DNA of 64,000 bases from a bacterium (GCA_965205865.1 CBDBHR010000017.1:1-64000); one strand, 5' to 3'; positions 50,125-61,630 are shown, counted from the first letter of the stretch. Notes: generated by a model from the sequence alone, not told the origin. Numbers and translations: made by a program.

Positions 50125-50931
50125 ATGACTATTCCTTCGTGGGTGAAGAATTATTCTCAAAATGCGCTGGATTGCGTGTATGCGGGAATACCCCAGACTT
50201 TTCCTGGTGGAGAAATTTTAAAAAAATGCAAAATCGTTTCACATCGAGGAGAGCACGACAACCAGACTATTTTGGAAAACACATTCCCCGCTTTCGATGC
50301 CGTCTGTTCCAAGGGAGTATGGGGGCTCGAGTTGGACATCCGATGGACTAAAGATTTGCAACCAGTTGTGATTCATGATCCTGATTGTCGCAGAATTTTC
50401 CATACTAACACTTTCATCAATCAAGTTTTATTGAATGCGCTGAAAACGCAGATTCCACTGATTCCCACTTTGGAAGAAACAATTGAAAAATATGGTCAAA
50501 AAATGCATTTGATGGTGGAATTGAAACAAGAACATTATCCGGATCCGCATTACCAAAGCCATCTCCTCAAAAATCTTTTCTCTTCATTGATCCCTACAAA
50601 GAATTTTCATTTCATTTCACTGACCCCTGCCATGTTTCAATTTGTGGAGTTTGTCCCTAAATCGGCGTTGCTGCCAGTTGCAGAATTGAATTTCCGAGAA
50701 CTCAGTGAATTAGCTCTCCGGGAAAAATGGGGAGGACTGACGGGGCATTACTTTTTCATTTCCAAAGAGATGATTCAAAAACACAAGGCAGACCAACAAA
50801 AAATAGGGACCGGTTTTGTGGCCTCAAAACAGAATCTGTTCCGGGAGCTGAATCGAGGGGTGGAGTGGATTTTTTCAAATCATGCCATCAAAATCCAATC
50901 ACTTCGGGAACAACTGCTGCAGAAATATTAA
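50125..50931 (+). CDS. Glycerophosphodiester phosphodiesterase family protein
   Basis: SHRG, ENT..AF, ELDI..TKD...VVIHD, IPTLEE, VELK. Confidence 0.88.
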   Translation: MTIPSWVKNYSQNALDCVYAGIPQTFPGGEILKKCKIVSHRGEHDNQTILENTFPAFDAVCSKGVWGLELDIRWTKDLQPVVIHDPDCRRIFHTNTFINQVLLNALKTQIPLIPTLEETIEKYGQKMHLMVELKQEHYPDPHYQSHLLKNLFSSLIPTKNFHFISLTPAMFQFVEFVPKSALLPVAELNFRELSELALREKWGGLTGHYFFISKEMIQKHKADQQKIGTGFVASKQNLFRELNRGVEWIFSNHAIKIQSLREQLLQKY

Positions 50932-50937
50932 TCGTCG

Positions 50938-51450
50938 GTAACTATTCAGGTTTCTTAAGAACCCGTTTGGTTAAATAACGTTGAAAAAAGATTCCCGGGG
51001 AGAATCCATCGTTTTCACGTCCTCCCACAGTATTGTTCAATCGATCGGGTGGGAACCCTCTCCTTCACAAAACAACTTAATAAATGTATGAATTTAGCGC
51101 TATTATGCAGGGTCGAGCCCAAAATGAAAAAATGCAGGATTCGCAAAAAAATCAAAAAATCAGGGAGATTCGCTCCTTTATGATAGGGAAAAAGCAAAAG
51201 GAGTTATTGGGGAACAAATAGGGAAGATTAAAAAAAATCCTTTAGCAAGTCAGGATCAGCAGGATTGCGCAACAATGGAGGTCAGCTATAAAAATTCTTT
51301 AGCGGTCCATCTTCGGCATGAGCTAAAAAATGATGAAATGGAATTAACATTTTTTTGAACTTTCGAGAGCATAAAATCCTTTCTGGATTTCATGCTACGC
51401 AAAATCCGTGCTTAAATCGAAGATGTCTCTGAAGAAACCCGAATAGTTAC
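50938..51450. mobile_element. Non-autonomous IS66 derivative (513-bp MITE)
   Basis: TIRs gtaactattcagg / cccgaatagttac; perfect 8-bp TSD AATCGTCG at 50930-50937 and 51451-51458; both ends resemble 3070-3290 and 4720-4819. Confidence 0.9.
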
Positions 51451-51489
51451 AATCGTCGTTTAATTATTTGCTGATTGCAGGAGCAAAAT

Positions 51490-52386
51490 ATGTCGGAAAA
51501 AAGATGTGGCCTGATTGGCTTGATTGGTCGTCCCAATGTAGGAAAATCGACGCTGTTCAACTTAATCATCGGACAAAAGATTTCAATAGCCACCCATCGT
51601 CCTCAAACCACCCGCAACCGGATATTGGGGATAAGAACCACTGTAGCTTGTCAAATGATTTTTATTGACACGCCTGGTATTCATCCATCAGAAAAATTGC
51701 TAAACCAAAGAATTGTAAAATATGCCGTGCGAACTTTACGGGAATCCGATCTAAATCTGCTACTGGTGGACCCCGTCCCTTTGGGAGTGAATGCCATTCA
51801 CAAAGATGATGCCAGGATATTGCATTTGTTGGACAATCAATTGACTCGAACGATTTTGCTCATCAATAAAATAGACACTGTCTCTCCTGAAGTGGTGCTC
51901 AGGACGATCTCAATATTTGATCGACAAGGGCCGTTTGCCGAGATTGTACCAATTTCTGCGTTGAAATCCATCAATGTGGACCATCTGGTTGAGATGCTGC
52001 CCTCATATATTCCAGAAAATGCTTTTTATTTTGAAGCAAATCAGATCACAGATATTTCCGAGCGTTTCTTAATCGGAGAGTTGGTACGCGAAGCTGTATT
52101 TCGTGTTCTGCAGCAGGAGTTGCCTTATTCCGTTGCCGTGCAAGTCGATTCTTTTGAAGAGACTCCGGAACTGATTCGCATTCACTGCATAATCTATGTG
52201 GAACGAGAATCTCAGAAAGGAATTGTCATTGGCAAGAAGGGAACTATGCTTAAACAGATTGGAAAAAGCGCCCGTCAGAACATGGAACATTTATTGGGAA
52301 ATAAAGTCTATCTTTTCCTACGGGTCCGCGTATTGAAAAAATGGAGCACAATTCCTCAATACCTCGACCATCTCGGCTTGGAATAA
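51490..52386 (+). CDS. era: GTPase Era
   Basis: GRPNVGKST, PQTTR, DTPG, NKID, ISA, KH domain (ELPYS, SQKGIVIGKKG). Confidence 0.96.
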   Translation: MSEKRCGLIGLIGRPNVGKSTLFNLIIGQKISIATHRPQTTRNRILGIRTTVACQMIFIDTPGIHPSEKLLNQRIVKYAVRTLRESDLNLLLVDPVPLGVNAIHKDDARILHLLDNQLTRTILLINKIDTVSPEVVLRTISIFDRQGPFAEIVPISALKSINVDHLVEMLPSYIPENAFYFEANQITDISERFLIGELVREAVFRVLQQELPYSVAVQVDSFEETPELIRIHCIIYVERESQKGIVIGKKGTMLKQIGKSARQNMEHLLGNKVYLFLRVRVLKKWSTIPQYLDHLGLE

Positions 52387-52833
52387 ATAGAAATTCCAAA
52401 TTAAACGCCTTAGTTCATACCAATGCCCTTATACTCGTCGGAGGAATGAAACACCGGAGAGGCATGAAAGTCATAGATGCCAACTTGATCTCGCGGATCC
52501 GCGCGCAAAAGCTCAATAATTCATCTGGACTTTGAAGATAATTGAACAATTCCTTGAATTCTGTTACTGTCACATCCAATTTTATGGTGCTTTTTCCTGA
52601 TAGTGGGTTCAATTTCCACAACATCAAACCAACTGGGAAAGTCCCATGGATTCATGTCCTTTTCAATTTCACACAATTTAATTTGCACTATCCGGGAACT
52701 CACAATTTCTAACGCAACTTGGCAAAAGTCGGAAAGCAAAGGACATTTTTTTCAATGAAACCGGCAAAGGGACTATCACGGAAAAAGTCTATGAAAAGAC
52801 AATCAATAACGGTTCGTACCTCAGTGTATCACC

Positions 52834-55281
52834 ATGTCGGATAATGAAAAACTCATGGTAGAAAATTCTATTCCTCCTGACAATGAGGAAATGCAATCCA
52901 ATGACAACAAATCCATTGTTCTGGCAACGGATGTCTTACCAGGCTACCTTCCCATCATTCCCATTCACGACCGGCCGATGTTCCCCAAGATGATGGTACC
53001 ACTGATCATTGTTGATCCGATTGTGAAAAAGGAGATGCGCAAACTTCTAAAAGACTCCCAATCCGCTTCCATCTATCTGGGGCTTGTCCTGGCAAGATAT
53101 GTCCCGGAAGAACCCACACAGAAGCCCCAAACCGCCCGCGATCTCTATCGAGTTGGCAGTGTGGGTAGAGTCCTGGAAATGAACCAGTCCGAAAGAAATC
53201 AACCCCTTCATCTTGTCCTGCAAATCCTGGAACGCTTTGAAATCGAGGAAATTGTTCAGGAGAGCCCCATCTTTCAGGCAAAAGTTACATACTGGCCTGA
53301 GGTGCAAATGGAAATCAACGAAGAATTGAAGGCCTATTCAGTATCCCTCTTGGATGCCATGAAGGAGTTGATTCAGAAAAAACCGGCGTTTCGGGAAGAA
53401 TTGAATTTGCTGTTGAACCGTCTCAACATCAATGAGCCCGGCACGCTGGCAGATTTTTCTGCGGCAATGACAACCTCCAGTGGGGAGGAGTTGCAAGAAA
53501 TCCTGGAAACCCGCCAAATTCGACCTCGTATCGAAAAAGCGCTGATCTTGCTCAAAAAAGAACTGGAAATCTCCAAACTGCAGGGACAAATCAACAAGCG
53601 CATCGAAGAACGCCTGACCACGCAACAGCGTGAGTTTTTTCTCAAAGAGCAGCTCAAAGAAATTAAAAAAGAACTGGGTATCACCAAAGAAGATCAGGAA
53701 ACGGAAGCAGACAAGTTTGAAAAGAGACTGAAAAATCTCCAGCTTAGTGAAGAAGCCCAAAATCGGATTGAGGAAGAATTGGAAAAGCTGCATCTGTTGG
53801 AGCCCTCTTCGGCGGAGTTCAATGTCACTCGCAATTACCTGGACTGGTTGACGATTCTCCCTTGGGGACGCCATACCCGGGACAGATATGATTTGAAACG
53901 AGCAAAACGCATCCTGGAAAAAGACCACTTCGGATTGCAGGATGTCAAAGAGCGGATCCTGGAATTCATTTCCGTGGGAAAGCTGAAAGGCAGCCTTTCT
54001 GGTTCTATGATCCTGCTGGTCGGCCCTCCGGGTGTGGGGAAAACCTCCATCGGACAATCAGTGGCCAAAAGTGTGGGACGTAAATTCTACCGTTTTTCGG
54101 TGGGGGGGATACGGGACGAAGCGGAAATCAAAGGCCACCGCCGCACTTATGTCGGTGCCTTACCTGGAAAATTCATCAATGCCATCAAAATTTGCAATAC
54201 TGCCAATCCGGTGATCATGCTCGATGAAATCGATAAAATCGGAGCAAGCTTTCACGGAGATCCTGCGTCTGCGCTTTTAGAAGTGCTGGACCCGGAGCAG
54301 AATAAGGATTTTTTGGATCATTATCTCGATGTGCGATTTGATCTCTCCAAAATGCTCTTTATTTGCACCGCCAATCAAGTGGAAACGATCCCGGCGCCTT
54401 TACTCGATCGTATGGAAGTGATTCGCCTCTCCGGCTACATCTTGGAAGATAAAATTCAGATTGCAAAACGGCATTTGATCCCCAAGCAATTGCAACTGCA
54501 CGGCTTGCAGCGGCAACAGTTGAGCGTTTCGCAATCAGCGATTCGTCAGATCATTGACGGCTATGCCCGTGAAGCTGGCGTGCGGGGGTTGGAAAATCAA
54601 ATCAAAAAAATCTTTCGTAAAGCCGCAAAAAAAATCGTTGAACAAGGCAGTGAAAAAGTCTCGATCCAAAGCGGAGATCTCCCCAAACTGCTGGGACGGA
54701 AAATCTTTCAAAAGGAATCCCTTTATAAAAAACCAAAGATCGGCGTGGTGATGGGTTTGGCCTACACCAGTATGGGAGGCACCACGCTTTATGTCGAGGC
54801 GGCCAAAATCCCTTCAAAAAATCCGGGACTGAAACAAACAGGACAGCTTGGGGAAGTGATGGTAGAGTCTTCCGAAATCGCTTACACCTACGTCCATTCG
54901 TTGCTCAGCGAACATGCCAAAATTCGGGATTTCTTCACAGAGAATTTTGTGCACCTCCATGTCCCGGCAGGGGCCACTCCCAAAGACGGCCCGTCTGCCG
55001 GAATCACAATGGCCTGTGCCTTGTATTCCCTGGCCAGCGAACAGCCGATGAAAATCAATATGGCAATGACCGGCGAGCTCACGCTTACCGGCGCCGTTTT
55101 GCCGATTGGGGGATTGAAAGAAAAAATCATTGCGGCCAAAAGAGCCAATGTGGCTGAAGTCATTTTACCGCAGAACAATCAGGAAGATTTTGAGGAATTG
55201 GAAGCCCACATCAAAGAAGGAATCACTGCCCATTTCGTAAATTCTTTTGAGCAAATACGTGATCTTTGTTTTTCTGTGTGA
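52834..55281 (+). CDS. lon: ATP-dependent Lon protease
   Basis: Lon N-domain, GPPGVGKT, GHRRTYVGA.PG, LDEIDK, PKDGPSAG, GGLKEK. Confidence 0.96.
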   Translation: MSDNEKLMVENSIPPDNEEMQSNDNKSIVLATDVLPGYLPIIPIHDRPMFPKMMVPLIIVDPIVKKEMRKLLKDSQSASIYLGLVLARYVPEEPTQKPQTARDLYRVGSVGRVLEMNQSERNQPLHLVLQILERFEIEEIVQESPIFQAKVTYWPEVQMEINEELKAYSVSLLDAMKELIQKKPAFREELNLLLNRLNINEPGTLADFSAAMTTSSGEELQEILETRQIRPRIEKALILLKKELEISKLQGQINKRIEERLTTQQREFFLKEQLKEIKKELGITKEDQETEADKFEKRLKNLQLSEEAQNRIEEELEKLHLLEPSSAEFNVTRNYLDWLTILPWGRHTRDRYDLKRAKRILEKDHFGLQDVKERILEFISVGKLKGSLSGSMILLVGPPGVGKTSIGQSVAKSVGRKFYRFSVGGIRDEAEIKGHRRTYVGALPGKFINAIKICNTANPVIMLDEIDKIGASFHGDPASALLEVLDPEQNKDFLDHYLDVRFDLSKMLFICTANQVETIPAPLLDRMEVIRLSGYILEDKIQIAKRHLIPKQLQLHGLQRQQLSVSQSAIRQIIDGYAREAGVRGLENQIKKIFRKAAKKIVEQGSEKVSIQSGDLPKLLGRKIFQKESLYKKPKIGVVMGLAYTSMGGTTLYVEAAKIPSKNPGLKQTGQLGEVMVESSEIAYTYVHSLLSEHAKIRDFFTENFVHLHVPAGATPKDGPSAGITMACALYSLASEQPMKINMAMTGELTLTGAVLPIGGLKEKIIAAKRANVAEVILPQNNQEDFEELEAHIKEGITAHFVNSFEQIRDLCFSV

Positions 55282-55543
55282 TTGTCACTTGCAAACTTGG
55301 TAATCAATGGAAAGGGGGCAAGTCATCCAGGGTGAAACGTAAAGGAAAATGAAATTGAAAGAATAAGGGCTTTTCATTCAGAATTTACAAAGAAAATGCG
55401 GCTTACCCCAAAAATATCATCGAGGATGGTGTCCAGATCTTTTTCCTCCTCTTGCCGAATAACCATATTTCCATGAGCCTGATGATTTTGAGAGAAACCA
55501 AAGATCCGTGACATTCGACTCCATTGACGGTGTGGAGCAAATC

Positions 55544-56966
55544 GTGAGCAATAAAATCAAACTGACGAAATACGAGTTGGAAATGTTGGCAGGGAAGCAT
55601 GGCATTCCTCGCCGTTGGGCGATGGAACAGCAAATGCTCGTGGCCGGGTTTTTCGATGCGGAAGACTTTGTCGAAGTCTCGCGGGCGCACATCATGCGTG
55701 ATACCGAATCTCTGGGAGAAGCAGGAATCGAGCAACTGGAGTACCTTGCCAATCAACCGGAAGGGGATAACAAAGTAGTAATTCCAACGGTTACCGACCC
55801 ACGTGGGCTCGACATGAGTATCTATCAAAAACTCAATCAATCCGAAGAGTTTGCGAAACGCGAGCGACGCGCAGCCAAGGCCCTTTGCGCGATGGGCATC
55901 CTGATGACGGACACCTGTATTAATTATCAGACGATATCACCACCGGTTTTTGGGCAGCATCTGGCTTTTGGCGATACTGGCTCCGTCATTTATGCCAATA
56001 GCGTATTTGGAGCCCGCAGCAATTTCGAAGGGGGACCTGCGGCACTGGCTGCAGCTTTCACCGGTCGCGTGCCGAAATACGGACACCTGTATTAATTATC
56101 AGACGATATCACCACCGGTTTTTGGGCAGCATCTGGCTTTTGGCGATACTGGCTCCGTCATTTATGCCAATAGCGTATTTGGAGCCCGCAGCAATTTCGA
56201 AGGGGGACCTGCGGCACTGGCTGCAGCTTTCACCGGTCGCGTGCCGAAATATGGATGCCATCTCTCGAAAAATCGTAAAGCGACCCATCAGTTTCATGTT
56301 GATCATTGCCCAAGAACATTATCAGACTGGGGCGCTTTGGGTGCGGTAATTGGTAAAATGGCCGGATCCTACTGGTCGGTTCCCGCAATCACAGGAATTG
56401 AAAACTGCCCTACGTCGGATGAACTCAAGCACTTCGGGGCGGCTCTGGCGAGTTTCGGTTCCGTCCCCCTCTATCATATGGAGGGCGTGACGCCGGAAGC
56501 CCTGGACATTCGAAACGTTTCGGATTCTGCCGATATTGATCATGCCACCATAAGGGATCGGGACATTCGGGGGTTTTACGCTTCATTTCAGCAATTCGAA
56601 AAGGTCGATGTAGTGGTCTTTGCGGCCCCGCAGTTGTCGCTATTCGAAATTCAACATATCGTCAGCATTATAAACGGACGGCAAATCAGCAACTCGACCG
56701 CTCTTTTGATCGCAACTTCTCCGGAAATCAAGTCCGCGTGCGATAGATTCGGCATAACTGCCGAACTGGAAGATTGGGGAGCAATTGTTCTAACTGGCGT
56801 TTGCTTTTACCAGATGTACGCCCGCGAGCTTCGGGAAGCGAATGGTTGGGATCGTTTGGTGAGCAATTCCGCAAAACTGGTCAACATCATCGCCGGATAT
56901 GGATATGAACCGGTGCTTGCTACCACAGAGCAGTGTGTCGAAGCAGCGATAACAGGAAAGCTGTAA
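55544..56966 (+). pseudogene. Aconitase X large/catalytic subunit (DUF521), frameshifted by a 172-bp tandem duplication
   Basis: DTCINY, YANSVFGARSN, LKHFGAALAS.G, SNSAK. 55907-56078 is repeated at 56079-56250; removing one copy gives a 416-aa frame. Confidence 0.85.
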
Positions 56967-57406
56967 TGGAAACGCATAATATTTACGAATGCCACTTGGG
57001 AATTGGGCGGAAGGTGAGCGGAATGGCAATTGCCGCGGGCGATGATTTCAGCGCGCGTTATGATCTGGACCGTATTCGAGGCGTGTTTTCGCGACCGTCT
57101 CATGGGCTATATGGTAAAAGCTATGTAAACAAGATCCTCGTATTAAATACGGCGAAAGGCGGCGTAGCAACTGCATGGATGCTGCTGGATATGGTATCCC
57201 GCAAAATAGCGCCGACCGCTCTTGTGCTGAATTCGGCGAATCCGATCATGGCGCAAGGCGCCGCTTTTTCGGGTTTGACGCTTGTAGACCGGTTCAATGT
57301 GGATATAACGAGCGAACTGTCTACAGGGGATTTTGTGACCGTCGACCCGCAAGCCGGCCTTGTCATCATAGAAAGGGCAGAGTCGCCTTTTGACCTTTCG
57401 ACTTGA
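56966..57406 (+). CDS. Aconitase X small/swivel subunit (DUF126)
   Basis: H.LYGKS..NKILV...AKGG, APTALV, GDFVTVD; TAATG overlap with the upstream gene. Confidence 0.85.
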   Translation: METHNIYECHLGIGRKVSGMAIAAGDDFSARYDLDRIRGVFSRPSHGLYGKSYVNKILVLNTAKGGVATAWMLLDMVSRKIAPTALVLNSANPIMAQGAAFSGLTLVDRFNVDITSELSTGDFVTVDPQAGLVIIERAESPFDLST

Positions 57407-57463
57407 CTTCTTTCGAAAAAATAAAGTGTATTGCTCCGCTGGCTTTTAGCCCATTCAATGAGG

Positions 57464-57521
57464 TGGTATTCCGAATGAATGTGAGGAATCTTGAAGATCC
57501 CTCCCTCCGGTCGAGATGACA
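57464..57521. repeat. REP-like palindromic dimer
   Basis: tggtattccgaa...gaggaatct ... agatccctcc...gagatgaca; same layout as 24496-24575. Confidence 0.55.
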
Positions 57522-57582
57522 CCTGGGGGTACAACCTGATGAACCATTACAATCAGCTTTACCGTTTCAGGATAAATATTTA

Positions 57583-58686
57583 ATGCCTGCGCTCAATCTC
57601 AAACCGACCCACAAGGTCATCAAAGATTACTATCATTTCCTGCAACAATTTGACAAATTAAGTTTCACCCATGAAAGTTCTGTGCGACCGGCATTCCATT
57701 CCTTGCTCGAAGGGTGTGGAAAACAGTGCGGTTGGAAGCTGATTCCCGAATATTCCATCAACCTCGCTCTAAACAAACGGATTGTCGTCGATGGCGCATT
57801 GATCGACGATTTTAAATTGACGCACGGTTACTGGGAGGCTAAGGACATCCACGACGATTTGCCTGGAGAAGTGCTTCGCAAGTTCGAGGCGGGCTATCCG
57901 CAGACCAACATTCTCTTCCAAACCCCAAAACGAGCTATTATTTGGCAGAACGAACAGCGAGTGCTCGATAATGACCTGAGCGATCCGGAACAATTAATCG
58001 AGACGCTGCAGACCTTTTTTTCATACCGTCCGCAACAATACGCCGAATGGCAGGAGGCAGTTGCGCAGTTCAAAGACAAAGTTCCTGACATCGGAAGTGG
58101 AGTGGCGAAGCTGATTCAGGAGGAACGAAGGAGCAACAGAGTCTTTACCAACGCCTTTAAGGACTTTTTGGAGAAATGTCGCGCCTCGATCAATCCCAAC
58201 CTCTCTGAGGTTGCCGTCGAGGAGATGCTGGTGCAACATCTCCTGACAGAACGGATTTTCCGGAAGGTCTTTGACAACCCCGACTTCACCGACCGTAATG
58301 TCATTGCCAGAGAAATCGAAACGGTGATCCGGGCCCTCACCTCACACGCGTTCAGTCGACGTGATTTCCTTAAAAGCCTGGACCACTTCTATGTCGCAAT
58401 CGGGCGAACGGCGGCAACCATCAACAATTTTTCACAGAAACAGCACTTCCTCAACACGGTCTACGAACAGTTTTTCCAGGGCTTTTCGGTCGAGGTTGCC
58501 GATACGCATGGTATCGTCTACACGCCACAATCCATTGTAGAATTCATAGTGAAGAGCGTAGAGCAGATCCTACGAGAAGAATTTGATTGTTCTCTTTCAG
58601 ACGAGGGAGTGCGCATCATCGACCCGTTCGTCGGCACCGGCAATTTCATCGTCTGCATCATGCAAGAAATCCGCAAAACCGCGCTG
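57583..58686 (+). pseudogene. Truncated type ISP/IIG-like restriction-modification enzyme (N6-adenine methylase region)
   Basis: N-terminal PD-ExK-like VDG...YWEAK; YEQFF, THGIVYTP..IV.FI, IIDPFVGTGNF. The frame runs into IS1-derived sequence before the NPPY motif. Confidence 0.8.
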
Positions 58687-59350
58687 GGGGGCGGGGCTTG
58701 CGAATGCCCCCGGCGCCACAGACTCCCGAAGGCCTCAACGCTCGCCTTGGTCTCGTCTTTCCCGAGGCCCCTGGCGGCCCGCAGCCGGGTGTCGATGTCG
58801 GTCACGGTCGAGCGCCAGAAGGAGCCGCTTGTTTCGGTTTCTCGATAGTTTTTTTTGAACCCTTGTTCTGCACATAAGCCCACAGGCCATCGATTTGAGC
58901 GCGCCGCACCTGGTGCTTGCCGAGCAGGAACTCCTCGACTTCTTCGGCGTGTTCCCCGGCTTCGCGGACCCAAGAGAGGATCGTGTCGGTCTTCACTCCC
59001 TTGGTCCGGGAGACACTGCTGATGCGCGATCCTTCCGCAATCTGCGACAGGGCATCGAGGATCGTCTCCTCGGGACTGCGCTTCCGGTAGAACAGGGTGC
59101 CCTTGGTCTCCGTGAAGCTTGAGCCGCAGACCTTGCAGCGGAACCTTTGACGACCCGATCGGGTCTTGCCGTGCTTGATGATCATGCCAGGGGAGCCTTC
59201 CTCTTCGCATTGGTCGTGGTTGGAGCAAGATGAGTTGGGACAAAAGTCTCCCACTTGGGCCAGTCTTCGCATTGGATACTTTCAGAAACAGGGTGAACAC
59301 AACCCTTAAGAATAACCAAAACCGCAACAACACTCAACAGGGTGACTACC
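58687..59350 (-). mobile_element. Truncated IS1-family element with frameshifted transposase
   Basis: Terminus ggtagtcacc at 59350. Zn ribbon CPN..C...GRQRFRCKVC, HTH and QIDGLW (from 59272); A8C tract at 58849-58856 links to a -1 frame KKNYRET...FWR; second end missing. Confidence 0.82.
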
Positions 59351-59401
59351 AACGGGCGATTTGCTGTTTTAATTCACGGAGTTCTTCTTCTGTAAGATTC
59401 T

Positions 59402-59591
59402 GGACTTTGGACATTCGATTTATTCTTTTAATTTTCATTATTCAATAATATCAATTGGTTGAAATTCTGTAAAAAATTAATACAGGTTACTGTTTTCCAT
59501 TTTTGATGATACGACCTGTATTAATTCCAATACAGATTCGTAAGACATTGATTTTATTAAACTCAAAAGTTAGATAAAATGTTCAAAGTCG
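59402..59591. mobile_element. Possible MITE
   Basis: Imperfect TIR gactttggacatt / aatgttcaaagtc; internal inverted repeat aattaatacagg / cctgtattaatt. Confidence 0.45.
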
Positions 59592-59764
59592 AGTAAGATT
59601 GGTACTGTATAATTTTAATAGTTCCAGCTGCAAATCAGTCAACGGTGTTCGAAACCCTTCTTGAAATTTGGATTTGTTTGGTTGCATAAACCTCCTTCCG
59701 GAAAGTCGTCTCCATATCAGTCTTTCCTACGGATCTTAATTTATGACAAAATCATTGTAAATCT

Positions 59765-59915
59765 TGGCACCTTTCATTTTCCAGTTGACAGTTCCTCTGT
59801 CATCCTCGCGAATGCGGGGATCCATCTTCGTGACTACCACTGGATTCCTGCCTGTACAGGAATGACGACAAAGGCGGCAAACTGTCAACTATTTTTACTA
59901 TTTTTGAAGGGTCCA
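59765..59915. mobile_element. MITE-like element with internal REP-like dimer
   Basis: agttgacagtt / aactgtcaact (11-bp perfect IR) around TGTCATCCTCGCGAATGCGGGGATCC...GGATTCCTGCCTGTACAGGAATGACG. Confidence 0.65.
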
Positions 59916-60050
59916 GAAATCTTTATCAATTTGTTCGTAAACATTATATCAAAGCCCCTATGACAAGCAAGTTATACTACGTTGCGTTTAAAATATGACA
60001 ATTGAGATAGGAGAAGTTGGTCATTTGCCGGAGAGCTTTGGAAACCTGAG

Positions 60051-60446
60051 TTAGAGGGCAAGGGGGCTCCCTCCACCGGGGACACGACGCGCCACCCCTT
60101 TAAAGTTAATACGATTGCGAACCTTGTTGTTCCGCGCGGCAACAGCTTTATCCGCTTCCCTCATGACTCCCGAGGGAGGAGCCGCCCTTTCAAAATGATC
60201 AAAAGTGTCTTCACCAGCCAACAAATGCACCACCCGCTTTTCGCCTGAAACCAATTTCATCTCAGGGGAAATGTAGCGAATCGCCAAACCAATGCGTCGG
60301 TCTGCAGACCGGTTTGCCGGGGAGGCGTGGAACATTCTGCCATGGTGCAGGGACATTTCTCCCGGCTGCAAAACGATGTCGACGGTCTCCCCCTCCCGGA
60401 CCTCTTTGCTGAGCACCTGCCCCCGAGAAAGCATATTGATTTCCTC
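60051..60446 (-). pseudogene. C-terminal fragment of a phytanoyl-CoA dioxygenase (PhyH) family protein
   Basis: NMLSRGQ, LQPGEMSLHHG..FHAS.AN.S..RRIGLAIRY; 5' end cut by IS5. Confidence 0.8.
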
Positions 60447-60449
60447 TAA

Positions 60450-61337
60450 GAACCTGTTTGAAAGTCATTTAATTCTCTTTAACATCAAGCAAATCATAGC
60501 GACATAGATCATGTTTTCAGAGTTTTTTGTTTTTCTTTCATAATCGATGTTGAGTCTTCGATACCATCCAAACCAGGAAAAGGTTCTTTCGACGATCCAC
60601 CTTTTCGGTAGGACCTGAAAGCCCGTTCCTTGGAGGTTTAGAGTGATCTCAAGTTCACATTGAAATCGATTCCATAACCATTGGGCTAATTCCCCTCGAT
60701 AACCTCCGTCGGCCCAAATCATCTGAATCGAAAAGAACCAGCTAAACATCGATTCCAAAAGATCGTAAGCACTTTTGGAATCGGAGGCATTGGCATCAGT
60801 GACTTTAACCATGAGAGGAATTCCCGAGATATCAACAGCTACATGCCTTTTATGCCCTTTGATTCGTTTATTTCCATCAAAACCTCGACTATCAGCCAGT
60901 TCCGTGGTTTTGACGGATTGACTATCAATCATTGCAGCACTGGGTTCGGGAGCTCTGCCCATTTCTATTCGGGTTTGCCGATGGAGAAACTGGTGAATCA
61001 GGAACCAAGTGTCGTTCTTGCACCATTTATTGTAGTGGTAATAAACACTTTGCCAAGGAGGAAAATCTTTGGGAAGCATTCTCCATTGACAACCCGTGGT
61101 CACTACATACAAAATGGCGTTTATGATAACTCGTAGTTCCCATTTACGAAGGTGGGCTCCACGAGTTGAAAGTTCGGGAAGGTACTCTTGAAGTCTTTCC
61201 CATTGTTTATCACTGACATCACTGTTATAACCTGAACGTTCCATGTTCACTCCTTGTTATTAAGGCTTCATTTCTCTCAAAATGAATGTGACATGGAACA
61301 CTTCCAATTGGAAGCTCAACTTATTTCAAACAGGTTC
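60450..61337 (-). mobile_element. IS5-family insertion sequence (888 bp, IS1031-like)
   Basis: Perfect 14-bp TIR gaacctgtttgaaa / tttcaaacaggttc; 3-bp TSD TAA. Confidence 0.92.
60465..61250 (-). CDS. IS5-family transposase (apparently intact)
   Basis: YNSDVSD.QW, GCQWR.LP, IDSQSVK, G.KRH, WADGGY, RWIVERTF. Confidence 0.93.
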   Translation of the reverse strand: MNMERSGYNSDVSDKQWERLQEYLPELSTRGAHLRKWELRVIINAILYVVTTGCQWRMLPKDFPPWQSVYYHYNKWCKNDTWFLIHQFLHRQTRIEMGRAPEPSAAMIDSQSVKTTELADSRGFDGNKRIKGHKRHVAVDISGIPLMVKVTDANASDSKSAYDLLESMFSWFFSIQMIWADGGYRGELAQWLWNRFQCELEITLNLQGTGFQVLPKRWIVERTFSWFGWYRRLNIDYERKTKNSENMIYVAMICLMLKRIK

Positions 61338-61366
61338 TAAGTTCCTGAGCTGGTTCGAATTCCGTA

Positions 61367-61630
61367 CTATTTGATTTTGTTGAAGAGGGTGGCCCGGGAG
61401 ATCCCCAGGGCGGAAGCAGTTTTTACCTTGTGTCCCCGGGAATTTTTCAGGGCGCTGAGAATCGTCGCTTTTTCATAATCCGCGACGGCCTGATCCAGCG
61501 CAATTTTCCTGTGGTTGATGCTATCTCCGAAATTTGAAGTTTCGCTGATTTTAGATTTCATCTGTTCCCCCAGAAAATCAACCTCTCCCAGAGTGACATA
61601 GCGATTCAGGGTGTTTTGCAGCTCCCGTAG
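61367..61630 (-). pseudogene. C-terminal fragment of a sigma-54-dependent activator (Fis-type HTH)
   Basis: RELQN.L.R and YEKATI..AL....G....TA.ALGISRATLFNK; AAA domain absent. Confidence 0.75.

Noticed and set aside
52415-52739. Two short overlapping minus-strand ORFs between era and lon
   Set aside because: No recognisable motif; may be a decayed gene but cannot be supported.
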